From: an uncultured Selenomonas sp. | GTDB lineage: Bacteria; Bacillota; Negativicutes; Selenomonadales; Selenomonadaceae | DNA length: 59,690 bases | NCBI GenBank assembly: GCA_905373085.1 | Contig: CAJPRR010000001.1 | Span: 1-59,690, forward strand | Reading direction: 5' to 3' | In this document: positions 37,193 through 46,516 of the stretch, in pieces | How the letters are laid out: each line of letters begins with the position of its first letter | Position numbering within the stretch: the first letter of the stretch is position 1 | Notes under the pieces: generated by a model | The model's database searches: none | Seen by the model: the letters and a program-made list of their open reading frames with translations, nothing else | Told to the model about the DNA's origin: nothing | Made by a program: the position numbers and the translations under genes

Positions 37193-39379
37193 ATGGGAAT
37201 GTTTACGAGAAAGAAATTGACGACTGCTGTGCTGGCGGCATTCATGAGTATGGGATTGGCTGGAACCGGTCAAGCGGCAGAAGTGGAAAAAGCAGCTGCA
37301 GGAGAAAAGGAGGATGCAGCTGTCGAAGAGGCAGTGGAACATCAGATCGATGAGACCGTGGTGACGGCAGATCGGCATAACCGAGGCTTCGCTGCGCGGC
37401 GAGGTTCCGTCGGCATCCTCGGCCAGCAGGATACGATGAAGACGCCGTTCACGGTGACGAACATCACGGAAGAGACGGTGCGCTCCTTCAGCGACCCGTC
37501 GCAGCCTTTGGACAGCATCTTGGCGCAGTCGCCGTCCATCCGCCAGTCTGGAAGCATCCTGCACAATGACTTCACGTTCCGCGGCTTCCGCGCCAACGGC
37601 ACGAGCACGTACGTGAACGGCATCCCGGGAATATGGACGCAGTTCAATGCGCCGACGCATGTCATCTCGCGCGCTGACGTCGTGGCGGGTCCGAACAGCG
37701 GCCTTTCAGGCACGGGCACGCACTATGAATCGAATGCTGCAGGCGGTCTCGTGAATTTCGTGACAAAGCGGGCGGAAGAGAAGGATTTCAATCGCTTTAC
37801 GGCCACGTTCTCAGGCAAGGGCATGCTGGGCGGTTATCTTGATCTCAGCCATCGCTTCGGCAGGAATCGCGATTGGGGCGTGCGCGTCAATCTTGAAAAG
37901 GTCGATGGAGAGACGGCGGTCGACAATCAGAAGGTCAAGTCTTCGAGCATCTATGTGAATGTCGACCACCGCGATGAGCGAAGCAAGACGAATCTCTTTG
38001 CGGGCTATCGAAGCAACGAGATCCTCGGGGGACAGCGCTGGTTCAAGCTTGGAAGGGCCGTTACGAAGCTGCCCGCCGTTCCCGATCATTCGCGCGATTA
38101 TGCCTTCGATGGCATGGACAAGGCGTCGTACGGCTGGGTGCTCGCGCTGAATCATGAGCAGAAGATGAACAAGGACTGGAAATGGTTTATGAATTTCGGT
38201 CTTCTGCACAACAAACTCAACAAGAATGTCATGTACGAGTACAGCGCCTTGACGATTTTGAATGATAATGGAGATTTCAATATTCGCCAACAGAGTTCGG
38301 CGACGCCGCAGAAGGCTTATTACTGGCAGGCAGGCGTCCAAGGCGATGTAAACGTCGGCGAGACGAAGAATCACCTGACGCTTGCCGTCGACCGCGCATG
38401 GCGTCAGCGTCATGGGACGAAGAATTTTACCACATATAATCTTGGCACGGGAAACATCTACACGAGAATCTTTAATTATATAGATTCAGCACATCCCGGA
38501 TACGAGACTTTCTTGTCCAATAAGACGCGCATCGCGGGCATTTCTTTCGTCGATTCGATTGACTACAAGAAGCTCAATGTGCTCTTGGGCGTCCATCACC
38601 ACTCTTCGCATGTTGATTCCTACAGTCAGGCGACGGGACAGGTGTCGTCGAGTGCGAACGACAGCGCTTATTGCCCGACGTATGCCCTCATGTATCATCC
38701 TGTGGAGAATTTCTCCATCTATGCGAGTCATGCCGAGAATTTCGACGTAGGAACGGTCGTAGCCAGCAAGTATAAGAACAAGGGCGAGATACTTCCTGCG
38801 GCAAAGACGAAACAGAACGAGATCGGTTTCAAGTATGCCAACAAGGGCATCTTGACGACGTTGAGCTTCTTCGACATCGAGCAGGCGAACAACATTGATG
38901 TGGTGCGCGGCAGCGACATGTACCAGCTGCAGGACGGCAGGATTCGCCACAAGGGCGTGGAGCTTTCCGTGAGCGGCAATGTGGCGAAGAAATGGAATTT
39001 CGCTGCGGGGCTTTCGTATCTCAATGCGAAGTATGACAAGACGAAAGGCGGGCAATACGACGGCGTCATCGAGTCGGGACGTCCGTATTGGTCAGGCTCG
39101 CTCCTCGTGCGCTACAGTGCGGATGAGAAGTTCGGCGCCTTCGGGCGCATGGTTTACACGGGAAGCGCACCGCTTCTTTACGAGAAGTTCTGGGCGCCGT
39201 CGTACGCCGTGGTCGATCTCGGCGTCGAATACAAGACGAAGATCGACAAGCTGCCGGCACGCTTCGCGCTCACCTGCTACAATCTTTTCGACAAGTCGTA
39301 TTGGATGATTGCGCGCGGCGACAATCTTTACATGTCGACGCCCCGCACCTTGGCGCTGTCGATGAGCGTAGATTTTTAG
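37193..39379 (+). CDS. TonB-dependent outer-membrane receptor
   Basis: Signal peptide, TonB box DETVVTA, plug motif FRGF..YVNG, NLFDKSY, terminal Phe (SVDF). Confidence 0.93.
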   Translation: MGMFTRKKLTTAVLAAFMSMGLAGTGQAAEVEKAAAGEKEDAAVEEAVEHQIDETVVTADRHNRGFAARRGSVGILGQQDTMKTPFTVTNITEETVRSFSDPSQPLDSILAQSPSIRQSGSILHNDFTFRGFRANGTSTYVNGIPGIWTQFNAPTHVISRADVVAGPNSGLSGTGTHYESNAAGGLVNFVTKRAEEKDFNRFTATFSGKGMLGGYLDLSHRFGRNRDWGVRVNLEKVDGETAVDNQKVKSSSIYVNVDHRDERSKTNLFAGYRSNEILGGQRWFKLGRAVTKLPAVPDHSRDYAFDGMDKASYGWVLALNHEQKMNKDWKWFMNFGLLHNKLNKNVMYEYSALTILNDNGDFNIRQQSSATPQKAYYWQAGVQGDVNVGETKNHLTLAVDRAWRQRHGTKNFTTYNLGTGNIYTRIFNYIDSAHPGYETFLSNKTRIAGISFVDSIDYKKLNVLLGVHHHSSHVDSYSQATGQVSSSANDSAYCPTYALMYHPVENFSIYASHAENFDVGTVVASKYKNKGEILPAAKTKQNEIGFKYANKGILTTLSFFDIEQANNIDVVRGSDMYQLQDGRIRHKGVELSVSGNVAKKWNFAAGLSYLNAKYDKTKGGQYDGVIESGRPYWSGSLLVRYSADEKFGAFGRMVYTGSAPLLYEKFWAPSYAVVDLGVEYKTKIDKLPARFALTCYNLFDKSYWMIARGDNLYMSTPRTLALSMSVDF

Positions 39380-39396
39380 TTTCCAAAGATAAGGTC

Positions 39397-39437
39397 ATAA
39401 ATGGGGGCGGAAGCTGCGAGGCTTCCGCCTTGCTTAT
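39397..39437 (+). terminator. stem-loop after the TonB receptor gene (attenuator or stabiliser)
   Basis: GGGGCGGAAGC-TGCGAG-GCTTCCGCCTT with a weak U tail. Confidence 0.5.
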
Positions 39438-39449
39438 AGGGAGGAAGGC

Positions 39450-41006
39450 ATGAGGTGGAGGGAAAATGGCGCATGGCTCTTGACGCTTCTGTTGCTTGGA
39501 ACGCTGCTTCTGGCAGGCTGTGCCAAGGCGGATGCGCCGACAGCGAAGGCGCCGCGTGAAGATGATGCCATCGTTCTGGCGGCGTACCGACACTTGGCTC
39601 CGGGCGAGCATGACGGCTACTATTGCAGCAAGATTCTCGAGGTCTGGGAACCGCTCGTGACAAACGATGAAGAGACGGGCAGACCCGCTCCTTGCCTTGC
39701 ACGAAGCTGGGAGATGCTCGACGGGGGGCGCAGATGGCGCTTTCATCTGCGCCGCGGCGTGCGCTTCCATGATGGGACGGAATTCACGGCAGATGCTGTG
39801 CTCAAGAATATGGAACGACTGGAAAAGGGCGTGAAGCCGTCGGGCTTTTACATGCTGAACATCCGCAATTTTTATCCGCATTTTGTACGTGCGGACAAGC
39901 TCGATGATTATACGGTGGAATTTACTTTTTCCGAGCCGAATGTCAATCAACTTTACAACATGATGAATTTCGGCAGCGCGATGTATGCGCCGTCATGTCT
40001 GGCTGAGGACGGCAACTTCTCGCGCGAGGCGATCGGCACAGGACCGTTCAGGATTGAAGAAAACAAGCTGGACGAGTACGTCGTCCTTGTGCGAAATGAA
40101 GATTACTATGGAGAGAAAGCACGCGCAGAGAAAATCATCGTGCGCAATATGCCGAGCGCTGACGTGCGTTTTTCCGCTTTGAAGACGGGTGAGATCGCGG
40201 GCGTGCTCGATTTGAAGGCGATGCCGCCGTCCTTGGCGCAAGAACTCAAGAAGGACGGGCGCTTCGCGCTTTCGGTCAGCCGCTCTTCCTTGGTGCAGAT
40301 GCTCCTCGTGAATGGCACGAAGCCGCCATTTGACGATGTGAGGATGCGCCGGGCGCTGAGTCTCGCCCTGGATCGCAAGACATTGGTGGAGGCGCTCTTT
40401 CTGGGTTATGCCGTACCGACGACGAATCTTCTGAGCAACGCCAGTCCCTTTTATCGTGAACTTCCTGTGCCATACGATCTGGCCGAGGCGAAACGCCTGG
40501 CGGACGAAGCGCTGCAGGGGAAACGCTGCAGCGTGCGCTACTTGCTCAACGGCGCCGATCCGCTGCAGAAGGGGGAGGCGGAACTCATTGCCTATTGGCT
40601 CTCTGAGATCGGTCTCGACGTGCATATCGTGCCCATGGAGTATTCGACAATGACGGCAGAACTCAGGCGCGGCCGCTATGAGATTGCGCGTTCGCAGCAG
40701 GGCTTGCCGAACGGCGATCCGCAGTTCATATTCAATGCGTTCTTGCTGCCCGACGGTGCGCGCAGCAAGGCGGCGTGCCTTGGCTATCGAAGCGAGGAAG
40801 TCGAATCGCTGATGGCGCAGCTCAAGACGCTGACGGATGAAGCCGAACGCGCGAGGATATTCCTGCGTCTGCAGGAAATTTCTGCAGAGGATCTGCCCGT
40901 CGTGCCGCTCTATTACGATGAGAACATCGTCGCTTATAATAAGGAGATTACGGGCTACAAGGCTTTGGTCTATGGCATCACTTTATCAAAAGTGGAGAGG
41001 AAGTGA
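39450..41006 (+). CDS. ABC transporter substrate-binding lipoprotein (peptide/nickel family 5)
   Basis: Lipobox LAGC, LRRGVRFHDGTEFTADAV, IGTGPF, PFDDVRMRRAL. Confidence 0.93.
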   Translation: MRWRENGAWLLTLLLLGTLLLAGCAKADAPTAKAPREDDAIVLAAYRHLAPGEHDGYYCSKILEVWEPLVTNDEETGRPAPCLARSWEMLDGGRRWRFHLRRGVRFHDGTEFTADAVLKNMERLEKGVKPSGFYMLNIRNFYPHFVRADKLDDYTVEFTFSEPNVNQLYNMMNFGSAMYAPSCLAEDGNFSREAIGTGPFRIEENKLDEYVVLVRNEDYYGEKARAEKIIVRNMPSADVRFSALKTGEIAGVLDLKAMPPSLAQELKKDGRFALSVSRSSLVQMLLVNGTKPPFDDVRMRRALSLALDRKTLVEALFLGYAVPTTNLLSNASPFYRELPVPYDLAEAKRLADEALQGKRCSVRYLLNGADPLQKGEAELIAYWLSEIGLDVHIVPMEYSTMTAELRRGRYEIARSQQGLPNGDPQFIFNAFLLPDGARSKAACLGYRSEEVESLMAQLKTLTDEAERARIFLRLQEISAEDLPVVPLYYDENIVAYNKEITGYKALVYGITLSKVERK

Positions 41007-41010
41007 GCGA

Positions 41011-41952
41011 ATGGAATCTTTTGTTGTGCGGCGCATCTTGTCCGTGCTGCCTGTCTTGCTCGGCATCAGTCTTCTGACCTTCGGACTGAGCTTCCTCGCG
41101 CCGGGCGATCCGGCGGAGCTTATGCTCGATCAGACGGGCACGTCGGCGGCATCGGCGGAGGAGATCGCAGCGATGCGCGAGGAAATGGGGCTTGATGAAG
41201 CGTGGTATGTGCAGTACGGCACGTGGCTTTCCCATATCGTGCAGGGCGACGCCGGCACGGCGTGGCACACGGGAAACAGCGTTTGGCAGGAAATCGAAAG
41301 GCGTCTTCCCGTGACGGTGACCCTTGCACTCTGCTCGCTCGCATGGGCGGGCGTCGGCGGCATCGCTCTCGGAGTCCTCGTCGTGTTCTTTCGCGGAAGC
41401 CTGCTGGGGCATGCACTAGCCGCGCTGATTCATCTTTTGCTTTCGACGCCGAGCTTTTTGCTTGCCATCGCCTTGATCCTGCTCGTGGGAGAAACATGGG
41501 GGCTTTTGCCGACGAGCGGCGTGGAGAAGGCCGCAGGCTATATCCTGCCGTCGCTGGCGCTTTCTCTCGTGACGCTGGCGATGACGGCACAGCTTCTTTC
41601 GAGCCGTCTGCATGAGGAACTCGGCGCGCTTTACTGCAAAGTGGCGGCGACGCGCGGGCTTTCTTCTTGGCGCGTCCTCGTCACCTATGCGCTGCCCAAT
41701 GCGCTTTTGCCCGTGCTCGCACTTCTGGGAAATTATTTTGGGGCGGTGCTCGGCGGTTCCGTCATCGTCGAATCCGTTTTTGCCTTGCCGGGAATTGGCT
41801 CCTTGGCGATGGAAGCCATACGCTTTCGCGATTATCCGCTTCTGCAGGGCTATGTGTTCTTGACGGGGATGATCTTTGTCTTTGTATCGCTGGGCGTCGA
41901 TCTTCTGGCGTATTATCTTGATCCGCGCACGCGGCTCGGGAGGTCTTCATGA
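41011..41952 (+). CDS. ABC transporter permease (DppB/NikB-like)
   Basis: APGDPA, GSVIVESVFALPGIG, RDYPLLQG, DPR. Confidence 0.93.
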   Translation: MESFVVRRILSVLPVLLGISLLTFGLSFLAPGDPAELMLDQTGTSAASAEEIAAMREEMGLDEAWYVQYGTWLSHIVQGDAGTAWHTGNSVWQEIERRLPVTVTLALCSLAWAGVGGIALGVLVVFFRGSLLGHALAALIHLLLSTPSFLLAIALILLVGETWGLLPTSGVEKAAGYILPSLALSLVTLAMTAQLLSSRLHEELGALYCKVAATRGLSSWRVLVTYALPNALLPVLALLGNYFGAVLGGSVIVESVFALPGIGSLAMEAIRFRDYPLLQGYVFLTGMIFVFVSLGVDLLAYYLDPRTRLGRSS

Positions 41953-42773
41953 TGCGCCGCCCCTCGCTTTTGACGCTGTTTGCGGCGCTCATCGTGCTCT
42001 CTGTCGTGCTTTCCGGCATCTTCGCTGCATGGCTCGCGCCGTACAATCCCTTTCAGCCCGATATGGCGCATCGCATGGAATTGCCGAACGCCTTGCATTG
42101 GCTCGGAACGGACGCCCTGGGGCGCGATATGCTGAGCCGACTTCTCTTCGGCAGTCGCTATACGATCCTTCTCGCACTCTTGTCTACGGCAGCGGCTCTT
42201 TTGCTTGGGACATTGGCAGGACTCTTGGCGGGATATTATGGAGGTATTGTCGATGCGTCCCTCACGGCGGCAGCAAATATCTTTCAGGGGATTCCCGGCG
42301 CCTGCTTCATGGTCGCTGTAGCGGGATTTTGGGGACCGGGGCTGGACGGCCTTCTGGTCGCTCTCGTCGTGACTTCTTGGGCGGGATTTTCCCGCATCGT
42401 CCGCTTGGAAGTCCTGCGGCTGCGTCAGATGTCTTTCGTGGAAGGTCTGCGCGTCTTGGGCTGCAGCGATGCGCGGATTCTCTTGCTGCATATCGTGCCG
42501 AACCTCTTCAGCAGCCTGCTCGTGCTCGCGGCGCTGCGTTTGGGGCGCGGCATCCTGGCGATTGCGGGACTGAGCTTCCTTGGCCTCGGCGTGCAGCCGC
42601 CTGTTCCCGATTGGAGCGTGATGGTCAGCGATGCTATGCTCTACTATCGCAGTGTGCCGCATCTCGTCTTGCTTCCCGGCGCGTGCATTCTGCTCTTGGT
42701 CGCATCCATCAACATCTTGGCGAGCGAGCTGCGCAATCGACTGGATGTGCGTTGGGATGAGGTGAGAAGATGA
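41949..42773 (+). CDS. ABC transporter permease (DppC/NikC-like)
   Basis: HWLGTDALGRD, LSFLGLGVQPP..DW. Confidence 0.93.
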   Translation: MMRRPSLLTLFAALIVLSVVLSGIFAAWLAPYNPFQPDMAHRMELPNALHWLGTDALGRDMLSRLLFGSRYTILLALLSTAAALLLGTLAGLLAGYYGGIVDASLTAAANIFQGIPGACFMVAVAGFWGPGLDGLLVALVVTSWAGFSRIVRLEVLRLRQMSFVEGLRVLGCSDARILLLHIVPNLFSSLLVLAALRLGRGILAIAGLSFLGLGVQPPVPDWSVMVSDAMLYYRSVPHLVLLPGACILLLVASINILASELRNRLDVRWDEVRR

Positions 42774-43735
42774 AGGAAGAGAGAAGCGGCTTCGAGGTGC
42801 AGGAACTCTCCGTGTCCTTTCGTGTGCGCGGAGAAAGGGTTCCCGTGCTGCATGATGCGAGCATTCATCTGGCGCAAGGAGGCGTGACGGGCATTATCGG
42901 CGAGAGCGGCAGCGGAAAATCCGTCTTCGGCGAGGCGCTCTTCGGACTCTTGCCGGAAAGTGCGGAGATTCGCGGCAAGGTGCAGTTCGATGGAAAAGAC
43001 GTATTCGCACTGACGCAGCGCGAAAAAAACTCTTTGTGGGGCAATGTCTGGGGGCTGGTGCCGCAGCTGCCGCAAGAGGCGCTGTCCCCTTTGCGGACAA
43101 TCGACGGACATCTGCGGGATGTGCGCCGCGGAGCGGGCATGAAGCCGCTTTCGCAAGAGGAAGCGGAAAGGCTTCTGCGTTCCTTTGAATTGGCGGAGCC
43201 GGAGCGCGTGCTCCGGGCGTACCCGCATGAACTTTCGGGCGGCATGCTGCAGCGCATCCTCTGCGCCATGGCGGCGGCCTGCCGTCCCGCATGGATTTTG
43301 GCAGATGAGCCGACGAAGGGACTCGATGAAGACGCACGCGAGGCCGTTGGCAGAAGCCTCGCACGTATGGCGGAGCGGACGCGCTGCACGCTTCTCGTCA
43401 TTACGCACGATATCGCTTTGGCACACAGTATATGCGATCGTCTCATCGTCATGTACGAGGGAGAGATCGTGGAACTTCTTGCTGTTGCGCCGGAGCTTGC
43501 GGCGCATCATCCGTATACGCAGGCGCTGCTGCGGGCTTTGCCGGAAAATGGCTTTGAGGCCTTGCCGCTGCAGGCGGAAACGTCAGGCGCCGGCTCAGGC
43601 TGTCGATTCGCCCAGCGCTGTGCGCATGCAGATGCTCGCTGTCGCAGGGCGCGTCCATCCCTTTATGCGGCAGGTTCAGGGAAGGTGAGGTGTTTTCTCT
43701 ATGCTGGAAGCGCATCGGCTGACGAAGCATTATAA
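42770..43735 (+). CDS. ABC transporter ATP-binding protein (DppD/NikD-like)
   Basis: GESGSGKS, LSGGM, ADEPT, HPYT, C-terminal GCRFAQRC Cys cluster. Confidence 0.93.
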   Translation: MKEERSGFEVQELSVSFRVRGERVPVLHDASIHLAQGGVTGIIGESGSGKSVFGEALFGLLPESAEIRGKVQFDGKDVFALTQREKNSLWGNVWGLVPQLPQEALSPLRTIDGHLRDVRRGAGMKPLSQEEAERLLRSFELAEPERVLRAYPHELSGGMLQRILCAMAAACRPAWILADEPTKGLDEDAREAVGRSLARMAERTRCTLLVITHDIALAHSICDRLIVMYEGEIVELLAVAPELAAHHPYTQALLRALPENGFEALPLQAETSGAGSGCRFAQRCAHADARCRRARPSLYAAGSGKVRCFLYAGSASADEAL

Positions 43736-44387
43736 GGATCGGGCGAAGGGCGGGCGCTTTTGTGTTCTGCACGAAGCTTCTTTGACGCTGCATGAAGGCG
43801 AGGCGGTCGGCCTCATGGGCAAGAGCGGCTCAGGAAAGAGTACGCTCGTGCGTCTGCTGCTCGGATTGGAGATTCCCGACGGCGGCAAGGTGCGATGGCG
43901 AGGGAAGGATATTTTTTCTCTGGCACGAAATGAGCGGCGCGGTTTTCGGCGCGCGGTGCAGTTCATATCGCAGACGCCGGGTACGTTCTTCGATCCGCGC
44001 TGCACGTTGGAAACGAGCCTGCGCGAGGCGCTGCAGGTGCAGGATGCGGCGCCTCGCGCAATCTGGAGGGAGCGTATAGCAGAGCAGCTGGCACGCGTAG
44101 GCTTGAGCGAAAAGCTCCTGCGGCGCTATCCGCACGAACTCTCCGGCGGGGAGATGCAGCGCTTCAGCATCAGCAGAGCGCTCTTGCTGAAGCCGGCCCT
44201 TCTGATTCTCGATGAGCCGACCTCGATGCTCGATATTTCCGTGCAGGCGCAGATCTTGCATCTCTTGCGCGATTTGCGAGAAAAACAGGGAATTGCCTGT
44301 CTGCTTGTTTCTCATGATGCAGCTGTGGTACAATGGTTCTGTCAGCGTTCGCTGCATTTGGAGAACGGCATCCTGTACGAGTCATGA
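43701..44387 (+). CDS. ABC transporter ATP-binding protein (DppF/NikE-like)
   Basis: GKSGSGKS, LSGGE, LDEPT, SHD. Confidence 0.93.
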   Translation: MLEAHRLTKHYKDRAKGGRFCVLHEASLTLHEGEAVGLMGKSGSGKSTLVRLLLGLEIPDGGKVRWRGKDIFSLARNERRGFRRAVQFISQTPGTFFDPRCTLETSLREALQVQDAAPRAIWRERIAEQLARVGLSEKLLRRYPHELSGGEMQRFSISRALLLKPALLILDEPTSMLDISVQAQILHLLRDLREKQGIACLLVSHDAAVVQWFCQRSLHLENGILYES

Positions 44388-44410
44388 AATAAGGCGAAGG
44401 AGGTTTCGCC

Positions 44411-45697
44411 ATGCTTTTTGCTTCCTTGCCGGCGCTTTCGCGCCGCAGGTTTTTGAAAATATCGCTGCGGACGCTGCTTTCGCTGGGACTTGGCAGTTTG
44501 TTTCCTGCGCGTTGGCGCAGGGCTTTTGCCGCCGAGGGGCTGGAAGCGTTCTTCGTGCGGCAGATCGTCACCGAGGACAGCCGAACCTCGCGCATGATCG
44601 CCTGGGAGTCCGATGTGAGCGAGGCCGAGGCCGTCGTCGACCTGCGTCCCGTGGGAGCGGGGGAGGCAGTCGCCGCTTCCTTTGCCGCGCGGGAGAAGAT
44701 CCTCGCGGACGGCGGCGAGCGGCTGTTTTCCCACGAGGCGCTTCTGACGGGGCTTTCGCCGGATGCCTCGTACGAGTACCGCCTGCGCACGGGCGATACG
44801 GCATCGCCGTGGTTTTCGCTGCGGACGGCGGGGGACGGCGCATTCAAGGCGCTGATCTTTCCCGATTCTCAGTGCTCGGACGGCTATGTGACTTGGCGAA
44901 AGGCGGCAGAGAGCGCGGCGGCGCAGCAGCCGGACGCCGACTTCTTCATCATGATGGGCGACCTCGTCGACAACGGGGAGGCCGCCTACCAGTGGCGGCA
45001 GTGGTTCGAGGGGGCGGCGGGACTTATGAGCCGCATGATGTGTGCTCCCTTGATGGGCAATCATGAAGCGTATGATTTGAACTGGCAGTGCCGTCTGCCC
45101 TTGGCCTGGCTCGGCTACTTCCCCGTGCCGGGAAACGGCAGCCTGCGCTTTTCGGGCTGGTACTATTCGTTTGATTATGGGCCGTGCCATTTCGCCGCGC
45201 TCAACACGCAGTGGGAAGAAGTCGAGGCATTGCGTGCGGGACTCTTGGAGGAGCAGATGGCTTGGCTGCGCCGCGATATGGCGGCGAGCCGCAAGAAGTG
45301 GAAGATCGTCTTGATGCACAAGGACGTCATCGAGTACGACTATCCCGATTTGAGCGATCCCGTCACGGGCGACATCAGCGCGACGGGTCGCCTTTTCATG
45401 CCGCTCTTCGATGAACTGCGCCCCGATGTCGTTCTGACAGCGCATCAGCATACGTATCGGCGTCTAGGGCATATCGTGAATTTTGCGCCGAGCGAGGAAG
45501 GACCTTTTTACATTGATACAGGAAACTGCGGCAACTGCTATTACGATGTGCCTGTGAATGCGCGTTTCGACAAGAAGGCGCTCGCGCAGCCCGAGCGCGG
45601 CAATTATATGACGTTGGAGGCGTCGGCCGAGCGGCTGCATTTTTCGTGCTTCCTGCCCGACGGAAGCCTTGCCGATGAAGCGATTTTGCAAAAGTAA
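44411..45697 (+). CDS. Tat-exported metallophosphoesterase (purple acid phosphatase-like, FN3 plus calcineurin-like domain)
   Basis: SRRRFLK twin-arginine signal, PDSQ, GDLVD, GNHE, HQH. Confidence 0.88.
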   Translation: MLFASLPALSRRRFLKISLRTLLSLGLGSLFPARWRRAFAAEGLEAFFVRQIVTEDSRTSRMIAWESDVSEAEAVVDLRPVGAGEAVAASFAAREKILADGGERLFSHEALLTGLSPDASYEYRLRTGDTASPWFSLRTAGDGAFKALIFPDSQCSDGYVTWRKAAESAAAQQPDADFFIMMGDLVDNGEAAYQWRQWFEGAAGLMSRMMCAPLMGNHEAYDLNWQCRLPLAWLGYFPVPGNGSLRFSGWYYSFDYGPCHFAALNTQWEEVEALRAGLLEEQMAWLRRDMAASRKKWKIVLMHKDVIEYDYPDLSDPVTGDISATGRLFMPLFDELRPDVVLTAHQHTYRRLGHIVNFAPSEEGPFYIDTGNCGNCYYDVPVNARFDKKALAQPERGNYMTLEASAERLHFSCFLPDGSLADEAILQK

Positions 45698-45716
45698 TGC
45701 GAGAAGAAGAGGAGAT

Positions 45717-46409
45717 ATGACGACGGAGAATAGGATGGAAGAGCGCTTTGCGCCCGAAGAAGCGCTCGCGCTGGAAGAAAAGATCTATTTTTTGCAGGAG
45801 GGAGGAAAGAAGGCGCGTATAGGGATTCTCAAGGAGATGACGGCAGACCGTCTCATCGTCGAGATGCGCATGACGGATGCAGAGTACGCGCACGGCCCTG
45901 AATCGGGCGCTCCCTTTCACTGTGCCATGCCGAGCGAGAAATGCACCTATCGCTTTTCTTCGCTCTTTTGCGCGAGCAGCCCGCTGCCTGACCGCATCTG
46001 GTACATGGAGCTTCCCGCCGAGGTCGAGCGCCAGCAGAAGCGCGATTTCGTGCGCGTGCCCGCGCCTCTTCCCATGCAGGTGACCTTGTCGAATCTCTAC
46101 GGCGGCAAGAACAAGGCGAAGGATACGACGCTCGTCGACATCAGCGGCAACGGCGTTTCTTTCGTGTGGAAAGAGCCGTTGGAAGACGGCATGGAAATCG
46201 AAGTGACAATTCCTGATTTGCCCGCCGTCGGCGAGCTGAAGACGACGGCCGTCGTCATGCGCTCGATCGACCGCACGGCGCTCGCGACGCCCGTTTACCA
46301 CATCGGCGCACACTTTGCGGCGCACCTCGACAAGAGGCAGCAAAACCAGCTCGTGCGATGCATCTTCCTGCTGCAGCGCAAGTATTTGGAACGCGGGCTT
46401 GGCATTTGA
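45717..46409 (+). CDS. second YcgR/PilZ-domain protein
   Basis: QKRDFVR and DISGNG motifs. Paralogous to 27067-27750. Confidence 0.88.
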   Translation: MTTENRMEERFAPEEALALEEKIYFLQEGGKKARIGILKEMTADRLIVEMRMTDAEYAHGPESGAPFHCAMPSEKCTYRFSSLFCASSPLPDRIWYMELPAEVERQQKRDFVRVPAPLPMQVTLSNLYGGKNKAKDTTLVDISGNGVSFVWKEPLEDGMEIEVTIPDLPAVGELKTTAVVMRSIDRTALATPVYHIGAHFAAHLDKRQQNQLVRCIFLLQRKYLERGLGI

Positions 46410-46430
46410 GCATGGAAATGGAACGGCAGA

Positions 46431-46482
46431 GCAGAAAGACTCCCCCGAGAGCCGAGGGCGGCTTTCGGGGGAGTTTTTTTGC
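46431..46482. terminator. terminator between convergent genes
   Basis: AAAGACTCCCCCGAGAGCCG-AGGG-CGGCTTTCGGGGGAGTTTTTTT. Confidence 0.85.
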
Positions 46483-46516
46483 ATCGGCGGTTTCGTGCGG
46501 GATGGCATGTGCTCCT

